DNA from: Armatimonadota bacterium | Lineage (GTDB): Bacteria > Vulcanimicrobiota > JACPDS01 > JBDRKI01 | Direction of reading: 5' to 3' | NCBI GenBank assembly: GCA_043814095.1 | Contig: JBDRKI010000102.1 | Location: 32,001 to 96,000, forward strand | DNA length: 64,000 bases | Part shown: positions 29,476-39,667 of the stretch, piece after piece | Position numbering within the stretch: the stretch's first letter is position 1 | Layout: the number at the start of each line of letters is the position of its first letter | Notes under the pieces: generated by a model | What the model saw: the letters and a program-made list of their open reading frames with translations, nothing else | Told to the model about the DNA's origin: nothing | The model's database searches: none | Program-made: the position numbers and the translations under genes

Positions 29476-30789
29476 CTAAGGGTAAATCCTGTTTAAAGTT
29501 CTTGCGAAAGGTATGGTCTCCCTTACATGATCAAGCCCGCATATCCATGCGACAGCCCTTTCTATTCCTAATCCGAAGCCTGCGTGAGGCACGGAACCGT
29601 ACCTTCTTAAATCAAGATACCATTTATACGCTTCTTTCGGCAGTTTATGCAGGTCTATCTTCTTCTCAAGTATCTGGAGACTGTCTTCCCTCTGGCCTCC
29701 TCCTATTATCTCTCCGTATCCTTCGGGAGCAAGAAGGTCAGAACTTAATGAAAGTTTGGAGTTATCCGGGTCTTCTTTCATGTAGAAGGCTTTGCATTCA
29801 ACAGGAAAACGGTGTACGAAAAACGGCTTATCGAATTTACTTGCTATAATTGTTTCGTCTCCCCCCCCGAAATCTCCTCCCCACTGGAATTCTACGCCTT
29901 CTTTTTTTAATATCTCAACTGCTTCATCATAGGAAATCCTTGGGAAAGGAGGCGTTACTTTTTTAAGATATGTAAGGTCGCGCTCTAAGACTTCAAGTTC
30001 TTTTTCGCAGTTTTTAATGACTGTCTGCACCAGATACGACACATATTCTTCCTGTATTTTTATATCCTGTTCCAGGTCGCAGTACGCGATCTCCGGCTCT
30101 ATCATCCAGAATTCGTTAAGGTGGCGTCTTGTTTTGGATTTTTCAGCCCGGAAAGTAGGCCCGAAACAGTATACCTTATTAAATGCCATGCAGGCCGCTT
30201 CCATATATAACTGGCCTGACTGGGTAAGATAAGCTTTAGTGTCAAAATAGTCAGTCTCAAAAAGAGTTGTTGTTCCTTCACATGCCGAAGGAGTCATAAT
30301 AGGAGCATCTATCAGAACATAACCGTTAGAGTCAAAATAATCCCTGCTTGATTTTATTATCTGGTGCCTTATCTTCATAATGGCATGCTGGCGTTTTGAT
30401 CTTAGCCATAGATGCCTGTGGTCCATAAGAAATTCCGTGCCGTGCTCTTTCGGGGTGATCGGGTATTCCTGGGCTTGATTTATAACGGTGAGATCTTTTA
30501 CCGATAGTTCAAACCCTATCGGGGAACGTGTGTCTTCTTTAACTTCACCGGTTACAATTATTGATGATTCATAAGGAAGTTTATCTGCCGTATCAAAAAC
30601 TTCGGGGGAAACATCACCTTTGAATACCACGGCCTGTATAATGCCGGTGCCGTCCCTGACCTGCAGGAAATGAAGCTTCCCGCTGGATCTTTTGTTATAA
30701 AGCCAGCCTTTAATCTGCACTGTTTTTCCAGCATATTTTGCTATATCCTGTATTAAAGCAGTTTCCATTGTTATTACCTCTTCTTGCAT
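29476..30789 (-). CDS. asnS: Asparagine-tRNA ligase
   Basis: OB fold; [53 protein letters not shown]. Confidence 0.95.
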   Translation of the reverse strand: MQEEVITMETALIQDIAKYAGKTVQIKGWLYNKRSSGKLHFLQVRDGTGIIQAVVFKGDVSPEVFDTADKLPYESSIIVTGEVKEDTRSPIGFELSVKDLTVINQAQEYPITPKEHGTEFLMDHRHLWLRSKRQHAIMKIRHQIIKSSRDYFDSNGYVLIDAPIMTPSACEGTTTLFETDYFDTKAYLTQSGQLYMEAACMAFNKVYCFGPTFRAEKSKTRRHLNEFWMIEPEIAYCDLEQDIKIQEEYVSYLVQTVIKNCEKELEVLERDLTYLKKVTPPFPRISYDEAVEILKKEGVEFQWGGDFGGGDETIIASKFDKPFFVHRFPVECKAFYMKEDPDNSKLSLSSDLLAPEGYGEIIGGGQREDSLQILEKKIDLHKLPKEAYKWYLDLRRYGSVPHAGFGLGIERAVAWICGLDHVRETIPFARTLNRIYP

Positions 30790-30842
30790 GATTAGACACC
30801 TCTCCGGTTTAATAATAGTCTCTTTTCTATACCCTATCAGCT

Positions 30843-30868
30843 ATTCCCTCTTATATATTATAATTCCT
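30843..30868 (-). promoter_or_regulatory. Sigma-H-like promoter for asnS-yebC-ruv
   Basis: Minus strand AGGAATT...: AGGA-N18-GAAT. Confidence 0.5.
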
Positions 30869-30926
30869 TTTTATAAAATACAATAAAAATAATGGAAAAA
30901 CAGAATAATATGAAATTATATTATAA

Positions 30927-30960
30927 TAAAAGACACCCCGGTAAAACAGGGTGTCTTTTA
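30927..30960 (-). terminator. Intrinsic terminator after gdh
   Basis: TAAAAGACACCC-N10-GGGTGTCTTTTA inverted repeat. Confidence 0.75.
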
Positions 30961-30980
30961 AATGATTTACAAACGACAGT

Positions 30981-32249
30981 TTAGGGCCAGATGTCTCTGA
31001 GTTTGAGAGCGTCTGAGACTCTGCCTACCGCTAATATGTAAGCGGCTGTTCTCATGTCGCAGTTGTATTTTTTATGGATATTCAGCACATCCATGAATGA
31101 TTTGTACATGATATCTCTGAGTTTATTGTTTACTTCGTCTTCGGTCCAGAAGTGGGCCTGTAGATCCTGTACCCATTCAAAGTATGATACTGTAACACCG
31201 CCGGCATTGGCTAAAATGTCAGGTATTACCATTATACCGTTTTTGAAGAGAATATCATCCGCTTCAGGTGTTGTCGGGCCGTTAGCGGCTTCGGCAACTA
31301 TCTTAGCTTTGATATTTGCGGCGTTCTTTGATGTGATTACATTTTCAAGCGCTGCCGGTACGAGTACGTCTACTTCAAGTTCAAGAAGCTGTTCGTTTGT
31401 AATTTCTTTTGTGTCTTTATATCCTTTTACCGAACCTGTTTCCTGCTTGTAGGTTATAACTGATGTTATATCAAGACCTTTTTCCGAGTAGATCCCGCCT
31501 CTTGAATCGCTTACTGCAACTATTTTACAGCCTTCATCGGCAAGAAGTCTCGCAGCTATAGAGCCGGCATTGCCAAAGCCCTGTACTGATACTGTTTTGC
31601 CTTTTAAGTCGCCCCATCCGAGAGCTTCGGCGGCTTTTTGTACTGTGAACATACAGCCTCTTGCCGTAGCTTCGTTTCTGCCGTAGGATCCGCCTACTTC
31701 AATAGGTTTGCCTGTTACAACGCCCGGTACCGAATAGCCCTTTATCATGCTGTAGGTATCCATAATCCAGGACATTGTTTTTGCGTTAGTGTATACGTCC
31801 GGTGCGGGGATATCTTTTTCCGGTCCGATTATAATGGAAATTTCAGAAGTGAATCGTCTTGTTATTCTTTCTAATTCACTCATTGACAGTTCTTTCGGGT
31901 TGCATATGACGCCGCCCTTTGCGCCGCCGTAAGGAATTCCTACAACCGCGCATTTCCATGTCATCCACATGGCAAGAGCTCTTACTTCGTCTACACTGAC
32001 ATCGGGATGGTATCTGATTCCGCCCTTTGCCGGTCCTCTTGCAAGGTTATGCTGAACGCGGTATCCCATGAAGGTTCTGATTGAACCGTTATCCATTCTG
32101 ACTGGGATACTTACGTGTAATTCTCTTTTGGGGTATTTTAAAACTTCATGGATATTCGGATCCAGATTCATTTTTTTTGCAACTCTGTCAAGCTGCTGCA
32201 GAGCTATCTGCCATGGATTTAAATTTTCTTGTTTTGTAGCCACTGTCAT
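30981..32249 (-). CDS. gdhA: Glu/Leu/Phe/Val dehydrogenase (glutamate dehydrogenase)
   Basis: RGPAKGGIRY, MTWKC, GGAKGG, PAPDV, GKP, QGFGNAG, EAANGP, NAGGVTVSYFEWVQ. Confidence 0.93.
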   Translation of the reverse strand: MTVATKQENLNPWQIALQQLDRVAKKMNLDPNIHEVLKYPKRELHVSIPVRMDNGSIRTFMGYRVQHNLARGPAKGGIRYHPDVSVDEVRALAMWMTWKCAVVGIPYGGAKGGVICNPKELSMSELERITRRFTSEISIIIGPEKDIPAPDVYTNAKTMSWIMDTYSMIKGYSVPGVVTGKPIEVGGSYGRNEATARGCMFTVQKAAEALGWGDLKGKTVSVQGFGNAGSIAARLLADEGCKIVAVSDSRGGIYSEKGLDITSVITYKQETGSVKGYKDTKEITNEQLLELEVDVLVPAALENVITSKNAANIKAKIVAEAANGPTTPEADDILFKNGIMVIPDILANAGGVTVSYFEWVQDLQAHFWTEDEVNNKLRDIMYKSFMDVLNIHKKYNCDMRTAAYILAVGRVSDALKLRDIWP

Positions 32250-32425
32250 TTATTCTCCTCCAAAATTTTATTTGCCTTTTTCTTCTTTACTTAATAAAGA
32301 AGAAAAACAGGACTTTCTTTTAGAAAAAGTTAACAGTAAAATGCTTCCTTATTATAACCCCCTTTCCATTTATGAACGGTTTAGCTGAAAGTGTAATTAG
32401 TGTATTTTGAACAGCGCCTCATATA

Positions 32426-32450
32426 ATTCCATAGTCGGGTGCAAACTCCT
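32426..32450 (-). promoter_or_regulatory. Sigma-H-like promoter for gdh
   Basis: Minus strand AGGAGTT...: AGGA-N17-GAAT. Confidence 0.55.
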
Positions 32451-32456
32451 TCTTTT

Positions 32457-32474
32457 TTGTTAAATTTTTAACAA
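32457..32474. promoter_or_regulatory. Rex-type operator
   Basis: TTGTTAA-ATTT-TTAACAA, the 7-4-7 palindrome of clostridial Rex boxes, 6 bp from the putative -35 of gdh. Confidence 0.6.
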
Positions 32475-32483
32475 GCAATCTGT

Positions 32484-33794
32484 TTACACTGTTTTTCCGT
32501 AGAAATCATATAATTTGGTTTTCACAACTTCAGCTTTTACTATATCTCCGGCTTTTATATTCTTAGCAGATTTTACATGAAAATTTCTGTCTATTTCAGG
32601 CGCGTCAAGCCGGGTTCTTCCAAGGTATTTGTAGGAGTTGCGGCTACCAGAGGCGACTTCATCAATCATTATATCATATACTTTTTTAATTTCAAGTCTG
32701 TTTTTCTTTTTTAATATTTCCTGCTGGAGATACATAATTTCTTCCATCCTGTGCTGTTTTACCGTTTCGGGCACCTGTTTTTTAAGGTTATACGATGAAG
32801 TCCCCTCTTCGTTTGAATATATAAAAACACCCAGATGATCAAATTTTATCTTTTTCATGAATTTTATAAGGGATTCAAAATCTTTATTTGTTTCACCCGG
32901 GAACCCCGTTATAAATGTGGTTCGTATAGCACTAGCGGGGATCTTATTTCTTATCTTGTCTATCAGTTTTTCATAACCGTACGCATCAAGAGGTCTTTTC
33001 ATAAGACGGAGTATCTTCTTTTCGGAATGCTGGAGCGGGATATCAAAATAATTGCAGATTTTATCCTCATTTTTTATGAAATCTATAAGTTCGTCATTTA
33101 TATATGTGGGATACATATATAATATTCTTATCCATTCCAACCCTTTAATTTTACATATTTTTTTCAAAAGAGGTATTAAAGACGGTTTATTATATATATC
33201 CATCCCGTAGGATAAAGAATTCTGAGCTATAATGTTTAACTCTTTAACTCCCCGTGAGACTTTTTTACGGGCGGCTTTAACCAGGGTTTCTATCTTTTCA
33301 CTTTTAAGCTTTCCTCTTAGCTTTGGGATAATACAATATGAACAGGAATGATTGCACCCGTCAGCGACCCTTAAATATGACCAGTGGCCGGGAGTTAATG
33401 AAGCCACGCGGGTTACCGCGCGTTTTAAGGAGAATATTTTGTCAAAATTATTATAATCCGTGATTTTTATCCACTTATTAACTTCAGGGAGTTTGTCTTT
33501 AATAATATCGGCGTATCTCTGGGCTATACACCCGAGAACAACCAGCTCTTTATCCGTATTTTTTGTGTAATCGGAGAGTTCTAAAATTTTATTAATTGAT
33601 TCTGTCTTCGCGTCTTCAATAAAACAGCAGGTATTTACAAATAAAAAATCCGCATCCTCCGGTTTTTCAGTTTTTTTAAAGTCTGCGGATATAAGTTTTG
33701 ATATGATATTTTCGGAATCCACCAGGTTTTTAGCGCAACCCAGGCTTTCAATATAGAATCTGTTCTTTTTTGATTTAGTTCTCATTTTCTTCAA
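32484..33794 (-). CDS. rimO: Ribosomal protein S12 methylthiotransferase RimO
   Basis: SLGCAKNLVDSE, NTCCFI..AK.ESI, radical SAM CNHSCSYC, YMYP, APEID, TRAM domain. Confidence 0.92.
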   Translation of the reverse strand: MKKMRTKSKKNRFYIESLGCAKNLVDSENIISKLISADFKKTEKPEDADFLFVNTCCFIEDAKTESINKILELSDYTKNTDKELVVLGCIAQRYADIIKDKLPEVNKWIKITDYNNFDKIFSLKRAVTRVASLTPGHWSYLRVADGCNHSCSYCIIPKLRGKLKSEKIETLVKAARKKVSRGVKELNIIAQNSLSYGMDIYNKPSLIPLLKKICKIKGLEWIRILYMYPTYINDELIDFIKNEDKICNYFDIPLQHSEKKILRLMKRPLDAYGYEKLIDKIRNKIPASAIRTTFITGFPGETNKDFESLIKFMKKIKFDHLGVFIYSNEEGTSSYNLKKQVPETVKQHRMEEIMYLQQEILKKKNRLEIKKVYDIMIDEVASGSRNSYKYLGRTRLDAPEIDRNFHVKSAKNIKAGDIVKAEVVKTKLYDFYGKTV

Positions 33795-34452
33795 TTGCTG
33801 CCTGCAGCTCGGCTTCGTCTACATGGCGGATTATTTCCTGCTCGTTATCATGTTCTATTTCTTCAAGTTTTTCAAGCTGTTCTTTTATGTCAACTTTAGG
33901 CAGTTCGTTTAAATCTTTAAGATGGAAATAATGCAAAAATTCGCTTGTTGTTGCATATAATGTTGGTTTGCCTATTACAGGAGCTTTGCCTGCTTCTTTT
34001 ATAAGTTTTTTATCCACGAGTTTATTTATTATTTTATCTACATTAACCCCTCTTATATCTTCTATCTGGGCGCGTGTGACCGGCTGGTTAAAAGCTATAA
34101 TTGCCAGGGTCTCAAGGGCCGCCCTTGATAAAAACTGTTTACCGCAGGCTTTCAGGAGTTTTTCAACAGAATCGGAGCATTTTGCCGAAGTTGTCATTTT
34201 ATATTCACCGGCGGCGGTAACTATATTTATGCCTCTCGGTTCGTATTCAAGGATTAATTCTTCTAAAACATCTTCGGCTTCCTGTATCTTTAATTCAGCT
34301 GTATCAGCTATTTCTTTTAAAGAAAGAGGTTTTGCGGATATAAAAAGGAGAGATTCTATTATATATTTAGGATCATCGGTTTGTTCACTTTTATATGTAA
34401 TTTCTGGATTTTCTTCAATTTTTTCTTCTGCGACACAGATATTTTCCTGCAT
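33775..34452 (-). CDS. scpB: SMC segregation/condensation protein ScpB
   Basis: IIESLLF, LSRAALETLAIIAFNQPVTRAQIEDIRGV, G.P.LYATT..FL.YF.L..L.ELP. Confidence 0.95.
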   Translation of the reverse strand: MQENICVAEEKIEENPEITYKSEQTDDPKYIIESLLFISAKPLSLKEIADTAELKIQEAEDVLEELILEYEPRGINIVTAAGEYKMTTSAKCSDSVEKLLKACGKQFLSRAALETLAIIAFNQPVTRAQIEDIRGVNVDKIINKLVDKKLIKEAGKAPVIGKPTLYATTSEFLHYFHLKDLNELPKVDIKEQLEKLEEIEHDNEQEIIRHVDEAELQAAIEENEN

Positions 34453-34499
34453 AGGCGCCTCCGTATTAAATTAAGTTCTTCTCAGGCTTTCTTTTTATT

Positions 34500-34528
34500 A
34501 TAATACTCTTGAGGCTATTTTTTGTCAA
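34500..34528 (-). promoter_or_regulatory. Sigma-70 promoter for scpB-rimO
   Basis: Minus strand TTGACA-N17-TATTAT. Confidence 0.6.
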
Positions 34529-34558
34529 TAAATTTATATTTTTTCTTTGAAATAAAAA

Positions 34559-34583
34559 AGGATTTGTATTAAATAAGGGGAAT
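34559..34583 (+). promoter_or_regulatory. Sigma-H-like promoter
   Basis: AGGATTT...: AGGA(34559-62)-N17-GAAT(34580-83). Confidence 0.55.
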
Positions 34584-34621
34584 ATATTTATGTTAAATAA
34601 ATGTTAAAGGGGGCTAAACTT

Positions 34622-35290
34622 ATGGCCATGTGTCCTAAATGCGGAACTGATAATGATAATACCAGGCTGACATGCTTCAGATGCGGTATGGTGCTTCCGA
34701 AACTGTCTCTGGAAGAATTAGAGTCAAAATCGGAAGTAAATGTCGTTATAGATGAAAACCTTGAGACAAAAGACGTTGTAAAAGCTTCGGACTGTATATT
34801 CCTTTCCTCATTAAAGGAAATAAAGGATCTTGTTGATTCCGGGCAGTGGGAAGTTGAGGATATCCAGAATAAGCTGGACGCGGTTAAAAAAGAAAGCAAC
34901 TATATCCTTGACCTTATTAACAGCTTCTCGGATGAAGAAAAAAGCTGGATGACAACCGGTCTTTCAAAGATTGACACCTCATACGATAAATTCCAGGAAT
35001 CTTTCGGCAAGTTTGACCAGTTCTTAAATACCCAGGATGCCTCACTGCTTGAAGACGGCATGAAAGTGGCTACAGAAGCAAGCCATATGCTTTTAGAAGG
35101 CATAAATGAAGCCCAGGACGAGCTGGGTGTTGAAGAAGAAAAAATATCCGAAGAACTTGGCAATGTGGAAGGGCTGGATTTAGACGAAGATTTTGACCTT
35201 GATGAAGACGAAGACTTTGATTTAGATGATATGGATTTTGATTCCGATGAATCTATGGAAGAGGAAGAAGCAGAAGAAGAATATAAATAA
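34622..35290 (+). CDS. Hypothetical protein: zinc ribbon, helical domain, very acidic tail
   Basis: CPKC-x10-CFRC; C-terminal ~55 aa dominated by D/E; AAGGGGG RBS before ATG 34622. Confidence 0.8.
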   Translation: MAMCPKCGTDNDNTRLTCFRCGMVLPKLSLEELESKSEVNVVIDENLETKDVVKASDCIFLSSLKEIKDLVDSGQWEVEDIQNKLDAVKKESNYILDLINSFSDEEKSWMTTGLSKIDTSYDKFQESFGKFDQFLNTQDASLLEDGMKVATEASHMLLEGINEAQDELGVEEEKISEELGNVEGLDLDEDFDLDEDEDFDLDDMDFDSDESMEEEEAEEEYK

Positions 35291-35304
35291 GTATGAAACT
35301 GCAT

Positions 35305-35349
35305 AAGTTTAAAAGAAGGGCAAAATTACTTTACCCTTCTTTTAAACTT
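35305..35349. terminator. Bidirectional terminator between convergent genes
   Basis: AAGTTTAAAAGAAGGG...CCCTTCTTTTAAACTT inverted repeat. Confidence 0.75.
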
Positions 35350-36098
35350 TAATTTTTCAATATTATTATTTCACTTTCTAACGAACCCTGCACCAGACTT
35401 ATTTTCTGCAAGCGTGAAAGCTCAAGTACTGCAAGAAAAGTAACTATAAGCATTTCTTTATCCGGCGCGTCTTCAAACAGCCTGCTGAAACTGAGCTGCT
35501 CTAAACGTGAGATCCTTTCGTATATCTGCTCCATTCTCTGCGGAACATTTATCCTTATTTTTTCAATCTGGATATCTTTATCCTTTTCCAATCTGTCATA
35601 GTAATTATTAAGAACCCTGTTAAAAGCCGTTATTAAATCATATATTGAAGCTTCCGCGTAATGCTGGTGCTCCGGGTCTGTATCGTAAAAATCACGGTTT
35701 CTGCTGTAGGAAGATGCCGCCCATTTTTCTTTTTCCGAAAGATATAACGCGGCTTCTTTGTATTTTTTGTATTTTTTAAGCTTGTTTATAAGTTCCGTGG
35801 CGGCTTCGTCTTCATCCGCGTATTCATACTGGTTTTCCTTATTTTTCTCTATGGGAAGAAGCGCCCGGGATTTTATCTCCAAAAGGGTGGCGAATATTAC
35901 AAGGTATGAACTCTCAACCTCAAGGTTAAGCACCTGCATAAGGTTCAGGTACTGCAGGTACTCATCGGCGATCTCGGCAAGGGATATCGCGCATATATCA
36001 AGCTGTGATTTATCAACAAGATAAAGAAGAAGGTCCAGAGGCCCTTCAAAAAGATCTATTTTAACTTTGTATGATGTTTTAGGTATGTTTATAGTCAT
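35349..36098 (-). CDS. scpA: SMC kleisin ScpA
   Basis: FEGPLDLLLYLV, IADEYL.YL, LLEIKSRALLP, IVTFLAVLEL. Confidence 0.95.
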   Translation of the reverse strand: MTINIPKTSYKVKIDLFEGPLDLLLYLVDKSQLDICAISLAEIADEYLQYLNLMQVLNLEVESSYLVIFATLLEIKSRALLPIEKNKENQYEYADEDEAATELINKLKKYKKYKEAALYLSEKEKWAASSYSRNRDFYDTDPEHQHYAEASIYDLITAFNRVLNNYYDRLEKDKDIQIEKIRINVPQRMEQIYERISRLEQLSFSRLFEDAPDKEMLIVTFLAVLELSRLQKISLVQGSLESEIIILKN

Positions 36099-36110
36099 AT
36101 GTTTTTCCTT

Positions 36111-36758
36111 TTATCCCACGCCTGTAAATAGTTTGTATAAAAATACAAACGGTGGTACTAATATTACGTTTATTAATCCGGTTACTATTAAGATTATAAG
36201 GATAAAAAATATTATCATGGGAGATGTTCTTTCAAGTTCGTTGTATTTCCATGCAAGATCTTTAGGCATAAGCCCCATTAAAATTCTTGATCCGTCCAAC
36301 GGAGGAACAGGAATTAAATTAAACAATCCAAGCCCTATGTTTACAACAATAAATGTTTTTAAGAAAAGCAGCAAAATGAGAGTAAAAGTATTATAAGAGG
36401 AAGGAATCAGCAGCCTGAAAAGTAAACCTCCCGAGGCTGCCATGGCGAAATTCGCAAGAGGTCCCGCAAGCCCTACAAGCATGCTGTCCTTGAAATAGTT
36501 TTTGAAGTTATAAGGGTTAATGGGTACGGGTTTCGCCCAGCCGAAACAGAATTTCCCGCCTGATGCCAGAAAGGTTGTTACAAGCACAAGAGCGCCCCAC
36601 AGGTCTAAATGATTCATCGGGTTTAAAGTTAACCTGCCTGAATATTTTGCTGTAGGATCGCCTAAGTTATAAGCTACGCGCGCGTGCGCATATTCATGAA
36701 CTATCAATGATATTAATATAGCCGGCACAAATAATAATATAGTAATAAACATTTCCAT
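36111..36758 (-). CDS. Site-2 protease family (M50) membrane metalloprotease
   Basis: HEYAH, GD.T....GRLTLNP..H.D, GWAKPVP, AGPLAN, FNLIPVPPLDG. Confidence 0.92.
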   Translation of the reverse strand: MEMFITILLFVPAILISLIVHEYAHARVAYNLGDPTAKYSGRLTLNPMNHLDLWGALVLVTTFLASGGKFCFGWAKPVPINPYNFKNYFKDSMLVGLAGPLANFAMAASGGLLFRLLIPSSYNTFTLILLLFLKTFIVVNIGLGLFNLIPVPPLDGSRILMGLMPKDLAWKYNELERTSPMIIFFILIILIVTGLINVILVPPFVFLYKLFTGVG

Positions 36759-36778
36759 AATAAAGACCCCGGTAATAA

Positions 36779-39364
36779 TTATTTTTTAAATTTTTCTTTT
36801 AAATACTTCCTTGCTTCTTTTTTATCCTTTATTATACCATCTATCTGGGCATCTTCAAGTGCTGTTAAGGCTTTTCTGAAAAAAGGTCCGGGGGTATAGT
36901 TCCATTTTATCAGGTCATTTCCTGTTACAAAGAATTTTATATTCTTAAGATGTGACAGGAAATAAACAATCCTGTGCCTTACCGATATAAAGTTTGTCCT
37001 TGCTATTATGTATATAAGAGCTTCTATCGCAAGCGGGGAGAGCAGCCGGTATATCTGGCTTTTGGTTATTGTTTTTGAAGAAAGCTTCCTTATTAATAAA
37101 GATGCCGTATCTTTATCAAGCTTTCTTTTTCGGACTTCCTCTATAGAAAATTTAAATCTTTTCGCGACTTCATCTATCTTTTCCGAGGAAAGCTGGCTTA
37201 CAAGAATCATAAAATAAATGATCCATTTTTTAGCGTTTTCTTTTTTTAATATTTTCTTATATTTGATCATAAGGGCTGTAGCTTCCTGGAGTGTGGCTAC
37301 TAATTTCTGGTTTAAAAATATATCTTTATGTATAACTTTTAAAATATTAAGTTTTGCCATCCGCTTTAATGCCGGCACGGGTTTTTCTTCGCTTAATATA
37401 AGGGTTATCTCATCCCTTATCCTCTCCCCTGTCAGCTGGTCAAAAATATTGCTCTTAAGAGCGTTTAAGAGCAGCTCTTCCGTATGGTGATCCATTTTAA
37501 AATGGTACCTCTGTTCAAACCGTACTGCCCTGAATATCCTGGTAGGATCTTCTATAAAGCTTAAATTATGCAGGACCCTTACGATACCGTCTTTTAAATC
37601 ATTCTGTCCGCCGAAGAAGTCCAAAAGGCTCCCGAACCCTTTTTTATTGAGCTGGACCGCCAGGGCGTTTATCGTAAAATCTCTTCTGTATAAATCCTGT
37701 TTTATGGATGTGGCCCATACATGAGGCAGGGCGGCGGGACGGGTATAGTATTCAACCCTGGTAGATGCCACATCCACTTTGCAGTGTTTTGTGAATACTA
37801 TTGCGGTTTTAAATTTTTCATGTGTTATGACTTTGGCTTTTAAAGCCTTGCCCAGCTCCCCTGCGAATAATACGCCGTCACCTTCCACAACTATATCTAT
37901 ATCAAGGTTCTCAATGCCCAGCAAAAGGTCTCTTACAAATCCTCCGGCAAGAAATATGTTAATACCCAGCATATCGGCTATTTTAGAACAGGTTTTAAAT
38001 AATTTCTGCATATTTAAAGGCAGCTGTTCTATATTTGTTTTTGTGTCATGCCAGTGCCTGCCGGCTTTAATATGCATGCCGTGCAGTGTTGTAAGAATAT
38101 CAGTACGGGTTACAATGCCTTTAATAATACCGTCTTCTATTATAGGCAGCCGCCCTATATTATGGTCTGTCATTATTCTCTGAAGTGTATTTAAGGATGT
38201 ATACGGATTGGCGGTAACAACGTCTTTTAACATGAATTCTTCTATACTGGCGTTAGCCAGTCCGTGGTGTATGGCTTTATCTATGTCATGTCGGGTTATA
38301 ATCCCCGCGACCCTTCTGTCTTTTAAAATAACCAGCCCGCTGTGCCCGAACCTTACAATAGCTTTCTGGGCATCGGCTATTGTCTTATCTTCTTCAAGAT
38401 TTATGTATCTTACAGGGGAACTCATGATATCTTTAGCCATAATAGTCGGCTTTAATTCTTTTTCAAGTGTATCATAAAGCCTTTTTTCGGCTGTTTTCAT
38501 CTGTTTATGCTTAATTACAACGGAAGCCGCGTTAGGATGGCCTCCCCCGCCTAACGGCGCGAGGATCCTGCTTAAATCAATCTCGGGCTGTTTGCTTCTT
38601 CCTATTATTAATATTTTGTCTTTCATCTTTATAAGCGTAAATACGATATCCACGCCTTCTATGTCAACAAGCCTGTGAACCACCAGGGATATCTCATCTA
38701 TAAATTCTTTTGCATGAGCCCTGGCTATAAGTATTTTAAAGCCCCTTACATGTTTAACATGGGAATTTACTATAAGGCTGTTCAATAATTTTATCTGAGG
38801 ATCGCTTAAGCTGTGATGGATATATTCCGATATTACCTTTAGATTCGCTTTTTTGCTTAAAAGGTACGCGACTGTCTCAACGTCTTCTTTAGTTGTATGC
38901 GAGAAAGTTAGCGAGCCCGTTTCTTCATATATGCCCAGAGCGAATAAGGTCGCCTCTAAAGGAGTTATGGGTATTTTCTTCTCCCTTATTTTCCTTGCCA
39001 GCATTGTTACCGTAGCGCCTAATACTTCAATATAATTCTCATCACCCTGAATTGATTCGGGTGCGGGCGGATGGTGATCGTAAATATGTACTTCCACAAG
39101 CGGGCTTATGAAAAATTCTTTAAAAGCCCCTACCCTATCGGGCAGGCTGGTATCAACGACGATTAATTTTGATATTTCAAGATTCTTAACTTTTCTGGGA
39201 TACTCTATATTAAAATAATCTTTATATAAATGAACAAACTCCCTTACATTCTGGCTTGGGGTGGACGTAAAAAAAAGCCGGGCCTGCGGGTAGAGTTTAG
39301 ATGCCGCAACCATAGAGGCAAGAGAATCAAAATCAGCCGTAACGTGAGATATAATTACTTCCAT
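36779..39364 (-). CDS. tRNA nucleotidyltransferase (CCA- or A-adding) with N-terminal DHH and CBS domains
   Basis: ADFD, DHH, GGGH; CBS pair; GGFVRD, DIDI, DLYRRDFTINA, SFIEDPTRIFRA.RF. Confidence 0.9.
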   Translation of the reverse strand: MEVIISHVTADFDSLASMVAASKLYPQARLFFTSTPSQNVREFVHLYKDYFNIEYPRKVKNLEISKLIVVDTSLPDRVGAFKEFFISPLVEVHIYDHHPPAPESIQGDENYIEVLGATVTMLARKIREKKIPITPLEATLFALGIYEETGSLTFSHTTKEDVETVAYLLSKKANLKVISEYIHHSLSDPQIKLLNSLIVNSHVKHVRGFKILIARAHAKEFIDEISLVVHRLVDIEGVDIVFTLIKMKDKILIIGRSKQPEIDLSRILAPLGGGGHPNAASVVIKHKQMKTAEKRLYDTLEKELKPTIMAKDIMSSPVRYINLEEDKTIADAQKAIVRFGHSGLVILKDRRVAGIITRHDIDKAIHHGLANASIEEFMLKDVVTANPYTSLNTLQRIMTDHNIGRLPIIEDGIIKGIVTRTDILTTLHGMHIKAGRHWHDTKTNIEQLPLNMQKLFKTCSKIADMLGINIFLAGGFVRDLLLGIENLDIDIVVEGDGVLFAGELGKALKAKVITHEKFKTAIVFTKHCKVDVASTRVEYYTRPAALPHVWATSIKQDLYRRDFTINALAVQLNKKGFGSLLDFFGGQNDLKDGIVRVLHNLSFIEDPTRIFRAVRFEQRYHFKMDHHTEELLLNALKSNIFDQLTGERIRDEITLILSEEKPVPALKRMAKLNILKVIHKDIFLNQKLVATLQEATALMIKYKKILKKENAKKWIIYFMILVSQLSSEKIDEVAKRFKFSIEEVRKRKLDKDTASLLIRKLSSKTITKSQIYRLLSPLAIEALIYIIARTNFISVRHRIVYFLSHLKNIKFFVTGNDLIKWNYTPGPFFRKALTALEDAQIDGIIKDKKEARKYLKEKFKK

Positions 39365-39589
39365 AACAAACTAATTTCCGTTTTATTTAATTTTATCCTC
39401 TATGAGAAAACTCAACTTATTTAATCTGTCAGCTTTGTTTAATGTTTTTTTAACCAAGCCCAGCCACTTTCTTATCTTGATCTGACATTTATAATCCTTT
39501 TCAGATAGTTGATTTGTTCGTTCTGTTGGATGACTAATTGTCAGGCAAACAGTTGAAAATATTTCAGTTTTAAATTAAAGTTATAAAAA

Positions 39590-39614
39590 AGGGTTTAACC
39601 TGCCGGTTTAGAAT
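39590..39614 (+). promoter_or_regulatory. Sigma-H-like promoter for malic enzyme
   Basis: AGGG(39590-93)-N17-GAAT(39611-14). Confidence 0.5.
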
Positions 39615-39667
39615 ATATGCTTGATAAAAAAATAACAATCAATTTAACTGAATACAGGAGGCATACT

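Noticed and set aside
34571-34598. TTATGTTAAAT, identical to the XerD arm of E. coli dif
   Set aside because: The other arm (AAATAAGGGGA) has no XerC-arm or palindromic character, and the site is better explained as a promoter region.
34900-35304. Poly-Ser ORF
   Set aside because: It is the reverse complement of the GAA/GAT-rich acidic tail of the plus-strand gene.
39385-39580. About 62-codon minus-strand open frame and a 12-codon RBS-led peptide (MSDQDKKVAGLG) upstream of the CCA enzyme
   Set aside because: The long frame has no canonical start near its 5' end and the short one has no leader or attenuator features; cannot be supported.
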